From IMG/VR virus record IMGVR_UViG_2778260997_000016, positions 1 to 6,992 of that record: a stretch of DNA of 6,992 nt; one strand, 5' to 3'. This DNA is from a virus (lineage: Duplodnaviria > Heunggongvirae > Uroviricota > Caudoviricetes). The notes beneath the pieces are model-generated. The model saw only the letters and a program-made list of their open reading frames with translations, was not told the origin of the DNA and did no database searches. Numbering within the stretch: the first letter of the stretch is position 1; each line of letters opens with the position of its first letter. Of this stretch, positions 1-4,962 are shown in pieces. A program made the position numbers and the translations under genes.

Positions 1-56
1 GGTATCCGTTCTGCTGAAGTGTCATGGCGTTGATTTTACGGTGACTCTTCGACAGT

Positions 57-83
57 GAAAAGAAAAAAGGCCGCAGAGCGGCC
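57..83 (-). terminator. Rho-independent terminator for the leftward C-int-cargo transcript
   Basis: Perfect inverted repeat GGCCGC-aga-GCGGCC at 69..83. On the minus strand the hairpin is followed directly by TTTTTTCTTTTC (complement of 57..68). It sits about 110 bp downstream of the last minus-strand stop codon (193..195). Confidence 0.55.
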
Positions 84-192
84 ATAATTACATTCAAAAA
101 TCAATAAGTTACATGATTATCAATAACTTACAGACACACAAAAACACAGCCAACCACAGCAAGTAACAGTGATGTGGTCACTTTGTGGATCA

Positions 193-630
193 TCAGCCAA
201 CAAATTTAGCAACAAAATACGCGACCGCCGCCGTGAAAATGGTTGTGCACACTGGCACAATAATGCCACTCCAACGCCACTTCGTATTATCATCAACCTT
301 GTCAAACCGCCGATTCATCTCATCCATAATCTTGTCAAAGCGTTTATCCATCGCTTCGGTAAGCTCACCCTTCAGGCTGTTAATGTCTGATTTGAGCTGC
401 TCTTTCAGGTTAGCTGTATCAGATTTAAGCTCACCTTTCAGATTCGCAATATCGCATTTAAGCTCACCTTTCAGATGAGCAATGTCTGCTTTGAGCTCAC
501 CCTTCACCTCACCAACATCGGCTTTGGTTGAGAGGTTTGTAGTGCGTTCAGCAAGCGTCGCAAGGTCGTTTCTTGTTAGCGATAAATCACTTTCGAGTCG
601 CTCAATTCGCCTTTCAAGTTTATCTGACAT
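193..630 (-). CDS. Tail-anchored coiled-coil membrane protein with five 11-residue repeats (145 aa from ATG at 628..630; the in-frame upstream ATG at 745..747 would give 184 aa)
   Basis: Listed ORF 193..747. The internal ATG at 628..630 is preceded by GGAGGTGGA, while the extra 39 N-terminal residues are Gly/Ser-rich low complexity, so the shorter form is preferred. Five tandem units D-x-x-x-L-K-G-E-L-K-x are followed by a basic stretch and a C-terminal hydrophobic helix WRWSGIIVPVCTTIFTAAVAYFVAKFVG. Architecture resembles small coiled-coil plus C-terminal TM proteins; no homologue confirmed. Confidence 0.65.
   Translation of the reverse strand: MSDKLERRIERLESDLSLTRNDLATLAERTTNLSTKADVGEVKGELKADIAHLKGELKCDIANLKGELKSDTANLKEQLKSDINSLKGELTEAMDKRFDKIMDEMNRRFDKVDDNTKWRWSGIIVPVCTTIFTAAVAYFVAKFVG
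355..519. repeat. Five imperfect tandem 33-bp repeats inside the membrane-protein gene
   Basis: Units at 355..387, 388..420, 421..453, 454..486 and 487..519 share the core (T/G)AGCTCACC(T/C)TTCA. On the minus strand they encode DINSLKGELTE, DTANLKEQLKS, DIANLKGELKS, DIAHLKGELKC and DVGEVKGELKA. Confidence 0.8.
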
Positions 631-730
631 TCCACCTCCACTACTGCCGCCATCGCCGCCATGATAAAGCACATCACGCTCAGAATGCGACATACTACCT
701 GCTGAATTACCGAAAAGGTTTCTTGCTACA

Positions 731-1231
731 TTACCCATTTTCACCATCCTGTGCTTTGTCTTTCTCCAACCACTTCAGCACCGCAGACGTACGGTAAAGG
801 CTCAGGTAACCACAATTCAGGCAATGCAGCGTGTAATAAGTTTTGCGCATATCAGGTATGCTCTTAACATCACCCAAAAAAGTATAAGATACATAATGCT
901 TTATGTTCTCTTTAATTAACTCACTCTGCTCCTCCAAGGGTAGATTGTTAAAATTTTCTGGTTTCTTATTTTTATCCCAGCAAAGATCCATACTTTCAGG
1001 CACAGATAATCGAGACGATCCACATGAAGGGCAGACACTGGAAACCCCCCTCTCAGACAAGAAACGGAAGAAGATTTCTGGCGTAATCTCCATCAGCCGC
1101 TCCTTATGTTTATTGACACGACTCATCGACTTCTTATTGATTTCATCAGCTTCTTCTTTGCATTTATCTTCTATATATTTCGATAGTAAATAGTCATATA
1201 ACTCTTTTTTTGTAGGTTTTTTTATTTCCAT
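731..1231 (-). CDS. Zinc-ribbon-like hypothetical protein (166 aa, two Cys pairs CPSCG and CLNCG), AT-rich cargo gene translationally coupled to int
   Basis: ATG at 1229..1231 lies 2 nt downstream of the int stop (TAA, 1234..1236). The minus-strand sequence reads GGAGGAATGTAACTATGG, placing a GGAGGA Shine-Dalgarno 8 nt upstream of the start, inside the last int codons. The gene is visibly more AT-rich than int or gene A. Lys/Glu-rich N-terminus. Confidence 0.7.
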   Translation of the reverse strand: MEIKKPTKKELYDYLLSKYIEDKCKEEADEINKKSMSRVNKHKERLMEITPEIFFRFLSERGVSSVCPSCGSSRLSVPESMDLCWDKNKKPENFNNLPLEEQSELIKENIKHYVSYTFLGDVKSIPDMRKTYYTLHCLNCGYLSLYRTSAVLKWLEKDKAQDGENG

Positions 1232-1233
1232 AG

Positions 1234-2211
1234 TTACATTCCTCCCAAGGGATTAAACCTCACCGCATCCTGCAGGTAATCCGGCGCAAGATGGGCATAA
1301 ATCATCGTTGTCTGAATCTTTGCGTGCCCCAGAATTTTCTGGAGCGTCAGAATATTGCCGCCGTTCATCATGAAATGACTGGCGAAGGTGTGGCGCAGCG
1401 CATGAACAGCCTGGCCGTCAGGAACATCAGGTGCGACCGTTTTGATGACATCGCGAACCAATGGATAATCCAGCGTCGGAAACACCAGTTTCCCGCCCCG
1501 TTTTTTGATCTTTTCAAACAGGCTTTCAGAAATAGGAACGGTACGGTTTTTGCTGTTCTTCGTTTTTGAAAAAGTGATTCGACAATGAAGAACACGGCGC
1601 TGCTCCAGTGCCGCTACCTCGCCCCATCGCGCCCCGGTCGACAGAAGGATTTCGACAGCCAGCCGTTCATCGGGATTTTCAGCCAGTGCATCCAGCAACT
1701 GAACACATTCAGACTTACTCAGATATCCCATTTCGCGCTCGTTAACCTTCATTCCTTTAAGGCCTTGAACGGGGTTATCGTTAAGAAAATGGCCGGATGA
1801 GATGAGTGCGGTAAACATCGCGCTTAACGCCCCAATCTCTCGATTTATGGTGCTGGGCTGTATCCCCTGCTCTATCCTGGACACACGTAGCTCGGTGAGC
1901 ATCGTTGTATTAAGTTTATGCACGCACGGGTCATCCATTGCCTCACTCAAGCGCAGCAATTTAAGGCGCGTGTTATGCCCTGACTTCATTAGCTGACCGT
2001 GGTATTTCCACCACAAGTCAATAAGCACTGACAGCGGACGGCGATCAATGGAGTTTCCTTTCCACTCATTGTTATGCTGTTGCGCCAGCACCCACCGCTC
2101 ATATAAAACTGCATCCGATTTCGTTTTAAATTTTTTACGAATGCGTTTGCCTTTACGCCCCTCCGGGCGCATGTCAAGAAGATATCCTCCCGGAATTGAT
2201 TTTATGCTCAT
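1234..2211 (-). CDS. int: Tyrosine recombinase, P2-family phage integrase (326 aa)
   Basis: Translation from the ATG at 2209..2211 begins MSIKSIPGGYLLDMRPEGRKGKRIRKKF, typical of P2-like Int N-termini. The C-terminal catalytic region has HALRHTFASH and GHAKIQTTMIYAHL, consistent with the R..HxxR..Y signature. The listed ORF extends to 2361 only as open frame overlapping the repressor 3' end; that extension is rejected. Confidence 0.9.
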   Translation of the reverse strand: MSIKSIPGGYLLDMRPEGRKGKRIRKKFKTKSDAVLYERWVLAQQHNNEWKGNSIDRRPLSVLIDLWWKYHGQLMKSGHNTRLKLLRLSEAMDDPCVHKLNTTMLTELRVSRIEQGIQPSTINREIGALSAMFTALISSGHFLNDNPVQGLKGMKVNEREMGYLSKSECVQLLDALAENPDERLAVEILLSTGARWGEVAALEQRRVLHCRITFSKTKNSKNRTVPISESLFEKIKKRGGKLVFPTLDYPLVRDVIKTVAPDVPDGQAVHALRHTFASHFMMNGGNILTLQKILGHAKIQTTMIYAHLAPDYLQDAVRFNPLGGM

Positions 2212-2260
2212 TCGTGAAACCCCAGCGTTACAAGACCACCATGCCCCCAGCGCTCCATGA

Positions 2261-2569
2261 TTAGCCGGGCTGTGTGCCAGTCTTGCGGGGTTTTTGAGAA
2301 GGCGATGTGCTTTTTGGCCCATCAGGGGAGAGAGACGGACTGATCTGCCCAGCAGCCTCATTTGTTTTTCCCGTCATAAGCCAATTCATGTACTTAAAAA
2401 AGCGAGGGTGATTAACAATCTTGATAAGCACTTCGCCCCCTATGTTTTCAATCCGCCCCGTTTCATAACGACGCAAAGTGCCGATAGGCACATCAATCAG
2501 GCCGCAAAATTCTTCGCGCGTTAAATCCTCTGATTCACGAATCACTCTAATTTTTTCACCGATAAGCAT
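2261..2569 (-). CDS. C: Immunity repressor, P2 C-type (102 aa from ATG at 2567..2569)
   Basis: Translation MLIGEKIRVIRESEDLTREEFCGLIDVPIGTLRRYETGR with a Ser/Pro/Gln-rich tail resembles the P2 C repressor as I recall it. An AGGA Shine-Dalgarno sits 9 nt upstream of the ATG. The listed ORF start at 2605 is a GTG that would lie inside the operator palindrome region. The gene is divergent from the rightward early operon and directly upstream of int. Confidence 0.8.
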   Translation of the reverse strand: MLIGEKIRVIRESEDLTREEFCGLIDVPIGTLRRYETGRIENIGGEVLIKIVNHPRFFKYMNWLMTGKTNEAAGQISPSLSPDGPKSTSPSQKPRKTGTQPG

Positions 2570-2665
2570 TGACAGTGTTCCTATAAGTACACTAAGCTTG
2601 CGCACAAGGTGTACTTATAAGTACACCAGATCACAAACAACCACAGATAGCGCAGGTTATCACAC
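2570..2665. promoter_or_regulatory. Divergent immunity switch region (early rightward and repressor leftward promoters) with operator-like repeats
   Basis: Perfect 20-bp palindrome GGTGTACTTATAAGTACACC at 2608..2627. The 11-mer TATAAGTACAC occurs as a direct repeat at 2582..2592 and 2616..2626. A consensus TTGACA hexamer lies at 2569..2574. Exact -10 elements could not be assigned with confidence. Confidence 0.6.
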
Positions 2666-2944
2666 ATGGCAAAAGTCCTGAACACACACGAACAGGCAGA
2701 CTTTGAGCGTTTAGCAGCGTTCTATCCCTACCGCGATGAGCATGGGTTACCAGTACTTGAAGAAAGCCTGAAAGATTACGCAAAGCGTACCAACCAAGCT
2801 GTTAACACAGTGAAAAGACAGGCTGACAGAGGTTCAATTCCCATCAACCAGGATGAAAAGAACTCAAGACGCACAGTAAATCTCTTCGCTCTTTTCCTGA
2901 AAACAATCAGGAGCGCAGAAAAATACGTGCAGATGACAAAATAA
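2666..2944 (+). CDS. Cox/Apl-position small early protein (92 aa), putative excisionase/switch regulator
   Basis: First gene of the rightward operon, immediately after the switch region, which is where cox (P2) or apl (186) sits. ATG at 2666, stop TAA at 2942..2944. Function assigned by position only; no sequence motif was confirmed. Confidence 0.55.
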   Translation: MAKVLNTHEQADFERLAAFYPYRDEHGLPVLEESLKDYAKRTNQAVNTVKRQADRGSIPINQDEKNSRRTVNLFALFLKTIRSAEKYVQMTK

Positions 2945-2958
2945 CGAGGTGTCATTTT

Positions 2959-3297
2959 ATGCTGAAGCAACGCCGTAATTTTCGTACCGGAACAGAACGC
3001 CACGCTAACCGTTTCACTACCAGTGCATCACGCAGCAACATCCGCTACAGCCTGAGTGATACACACGCAACGCCGGATGGCTACCCAGTAAAACAAATCG
3101 GCGAGCACGCCTGGCTGATTGAGAAAGCTGGAATCGTGATCCACAAATGCCCACGCAATCCGTTTACCGGAAACCGCATTTTTGCATTGAGCTGTGGCGA
3201 CAATCAGTTCGGGCAGGATTTCACATTATACGAAGCACTTCGCACGGTTGATCGTCTGCTTCGCGGGCAAAGTTTTATTAAACAGGCTGATTTATAA
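2959..3297 (+). CDS. Hypothetical early protein (112 aa)
   Basis: ATG at 2959 with GAGGTG Shine-Dalgarno at 2946..2951 (7-nt spacing). Same strand and tight spacing as the rest of the early operon. Confidence 0.6.
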   Translation: MLKQRRNFRTGTERHANRFTTSASRSNIRYSLSDTHATPDGYPVKQIGEHAWLIEKAGIVIHKCPRNPFTGNRIFALSCGDNQFGQDFTLYEALRTVDRLLRGQSFIKQADL

Positions 3298-3307
3298 CAG
3301 GTGCTTT

Positions 3308-3622
3308 ATGACCAAAAACCATGCACAAGGTGTATTTATCCGTTTTATTGATTTTCGCGGTGAACTGTTATTACGTGCATCCGCTATTGACGGAGTGACT
3401 CCGGCGGGTAAAAACGGAGCCGACGAAGCCACTTACGTTTATCTGAACGGCACGCGACTGCTTGTGGAACTTCCTACCAGACCGTACGAGAAATCATTAG
3501 CGAAGCTGAAAAGGCACGCCAAGTTAATGGCGATGAACCCTATATCGAAATTATTTGTATGGATTCAGAAGCTGAAATACAGAAAGCAGATTAAAGGGTG
3601 TTGCAATGGACAAAGAATATAA
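3308..3622 (+). CDS. Hypothetical early protein (104 aa as written); 3' part may be frameshifted
   Basis: ATG at 3308 preceded by AGGTG. The listed ORF start at 3194 would overlap the upstream gene and is rejected. The 3' third uses AGA/AGG/ATA codons, while the overlapping frame (3481..3594) reads TVREIISEAEKARQVNGDEPYIEIICMDSEAEIQKAD with common codons; see findings. Confidence 0.45.
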   Translation: MTKNHAQGVFIRFIDFRGELLLRASAIDGVTPAGKNGADEATYVYLNGTRLLVELPTRPYEKSLAKLKRHAKLMAMNPISKLFVWIQKLKYRKQIKGCCNGQRI

Positions 3623-3848
3623 AACACTCATCAACAAAGCACTTGAGCGTTTTTATTTTCGCTTAAGTGCATCAGGTACTCATGCTGAACGTGCAGCCCG
3701 TGACTCATTAACCAGGGCAATCCGGAGTCTGTATGACGTGGCTTTTTACGCTGATGATCTGGATGCACTTAACGAACTTTCCGAGCTGATCTGTGCCGCA
3801 GAATGCGGGGAGCATATTGAACCGTATAAGCTGGGGAATATTGCATGA
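3606..3848 (+). CDS. Hypothetical early protein (80 aa)
   Basis: ATG at 3606 with an AGGGTG-like Shine-Dalgarno upstream. Its stop TGA (3846..3848) overlaps the next ATG (3845..3847). Confidence 0.6.
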   Translation: MDKEYKTLINKALERFYFRLSASGTHAERAARDSLTRAIRSLYDVAFYADDLDALNELSELICAAECGEHIEPYKLGNIA

Positions 3849-3958
3849 GTATATTTATCTCATGGCTTGTTCTGATTATTTCGGTGGTCTGCGCCATTGG
3901 GATTATGCGAATTATTCGTTCAGTAAAAAAGATTGACCGCTTTTTCACTGGCGAATAA
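3845..3958 (+). CDS. Small hydrophobic membrane peptide (37 aa), not in the supplied ORF track
   Basis: ATG at 3845..3847 overlaps the upstream stop as ATGA. Translation is MSIFISWLVLIISVVCAIGIMRIIRSVKKIDRFFTGE with stop TAA at 3956..3958: one predicted TM helix followed by a basic tail. Confidence 0.4.
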   Translation: MSIFISWLVLIISVVCAIGIMRIIRSVKKIDRFFTGE

Positions 3959-4045
3959 CAGCGCAAATAAAAACCCTAGGTTAAATAAGAAAATGTAAAA
4001 ACAATCCGCATTCGCGGAGGTATTCGCACACGCCCAGGAGGTGTA

Positions 4046-4249
4046 ATGGCAATTAAGCATTTTCCTGTCGTTCGTTTCACTTCCAGAGGACGTGAATACG
4101 AAGTCGACGAACGCCTGATTACCACAATCGACAAACACCGCTCAGAAAAGGATGCACACCACATCTATCTCACTGACGGTACTTACTTCTGCGCCACTAA
4201 TGTGGCGCGGGTGAATCTTATCCGACAGGTACAGGATCCACGCAAATGA
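4046..4249 (+). CDS. Hypothetical early protein (67 aa)
   Basis: ATG at 4046 with a strong AGGAGGTG Shine-Dalgarno at 4036..4043. Its stop TGA (4247..4249) overlaps the next start. Confidence 0.65.
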   Translation: MAIKHFPVVRFTSRGREYEVDERLITTIDKHRSEKDAHHIYLTDGTYFCATNVARVNLIRQVQDPRK

Positions 4250-4464
4250 GCAGGAGAAGAATCACTCGCAAACATCACCGCACACACCTGAATTCCTCAG
4301 CAACGCTAAAGGCACTTATTAAAAGCGAGATCGGTGATTTCTTCGCGGGAGTTGGCTCGCCAGGTGAACCAGAAACACCAGAAGCGATACAGCGTGAGCT
4401 CATGATACGCATAGATAGCACTTTTGATTTCTTCTACAGCATGCACGGAATTAAACAGAAATGA
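4246..4464 (+). CDS. Hypothetical early protein (72 aa)
   Basis: ATG at 4246..4248 overlaps the upstream stop (ATGA), with an AGGA about 9 nt upstream. Stop TGA at 4462..4464. Confidence 0.6.
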   Translation: MSRRRITRKHHRTHLNSSATLKALIKSEIGDFFAGVGSPGEPETPEAIQRELMIRIDSTFDFFYSMHGIKQK

Positions 4465-4572
4465 ACCTCAAGCCAGCAATAACTACTCGTAGAACGCCAA
4501 TTCCTGTAACCGACCGCTTCTGAGTTTTTTGGCAGGAAGCCTTCGCACATCCTTAGTAGAGAGAATTGCAGC

Positions 4573-4962
4573 ATGATTGACGCTCATGACTTCACAAGAT
4601 GGGTGCGCACACAGGACACCCGTCTGGCTCCCGTTCTTCAGGGATTATTTGATCTCTACATCCGTAGTCGTGACAACAGAGCACGCACTACAAAACCGGA
4701 GAATGCAGACACCCTTTATTTCACAGTAGACGACTGCTACCGCGTGGACTTAACACCACACGGACTGGCGTTGCACTGCCTGACACCGCACGGCGAATCA
4801 CTGCTGGCGTATTACGACTCCCCGGCCTCCGTATTTGCGGCAATGCTGGCGCATCGCACTGCTGGCGGGTGTGCCTCGCTGAGTGAATACACCGCTGAGT
4901 TTAACCGCCTTTCCGCCCTCTTCTCGCAGGAGTGGCAGCGCGTGACGGGATACCAGCCATGA
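4573..4962 (+). CDS. Hypothetical early protein (129 aa) immediately upstream of, and coupled to, gene A
   Basis: ATG at 4573. Its stop TGA (4960..4962) overlaps the gene A start ATG (4959..4961). Confidence 0.65.
   Translation: MIDAHDFTRWVRTQDTRLAPVLQGLFDLYIRSRDNRARTTKPENADTLYFTVDDCYRVDLTPHGLALHCLTPHGESLLAYYDSPASVFAAMLAHRTAGGCASLSEYTAEFNRLSALFSQEWQRVTGYQP

Noticed and set aside
1-56. tRNA or other RNA gene at the left edge as an integration target
   Set aside because: No cloverleaf-compatible stems or conserved tRNA boxes were recognisable in the roughly 56 bp available. The window is too short here to decide.
355-519. Possible CRISPR array suggested by the regular 33-bp repeats
   Set aside because: The repeats are contiguous with no spacers, lie in frame inside a coding sequence, and are imperfect in a codon-wobble pattern. 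This is a protein-coding tandem repeat.
169-664. Plus-strand ORFs 169..390, 185..478 and 482..664, and minus-strand ORF 120..305
   Set aside because: They overlap the minus-strand membrane-protein gene, and the 33-bp repeats keep several frames open artificially. Their translations are low-complexity Ser/Phe/Leu-rich.
903-1193. 96-aa plus-strand ORF
   Set aside because: It is antisense to the zinc-ribbon gene, which has a strong Shine-Dalgarno and coupling to int. There is no convincing start context on the plus strand.
1585-2260. Plus-strand ORFs 1585..1800, 1802..1996 and 2048..2260, and minus-strand ORF 1989..2177
   Set aside because: All are antisense or alternate-frame overlaps of the integrase gene and have no ribosome-binding sites.
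2212-2361. N-terminal extension of the integrase ORF to 2361
   Set aside because: The extension overlaps the 3' end of the repressor gene. The conserved integrase N-terminus begins at the ATG at 2209..2211.
2570-2605. Repressor start at 2603..2605 as listed in the ORF track
   Set aside because: That codon is GTG and would place the N-terminus inside the operator repeat region. The ATG at 2567..2569 has an AGGA Shine-Dalgarno and gives a protein that aligns from its first residues with the P2 C N-terminus as I recall it.
3194-3307. Upstream start for ORF 3194..3622
   Set aside because: It would overlap the preceding gene by about 100 nt. The internal ATG at 3308 has an AGGTG Shine-Dalgarno and follows the upstream stop at 3295..3297.
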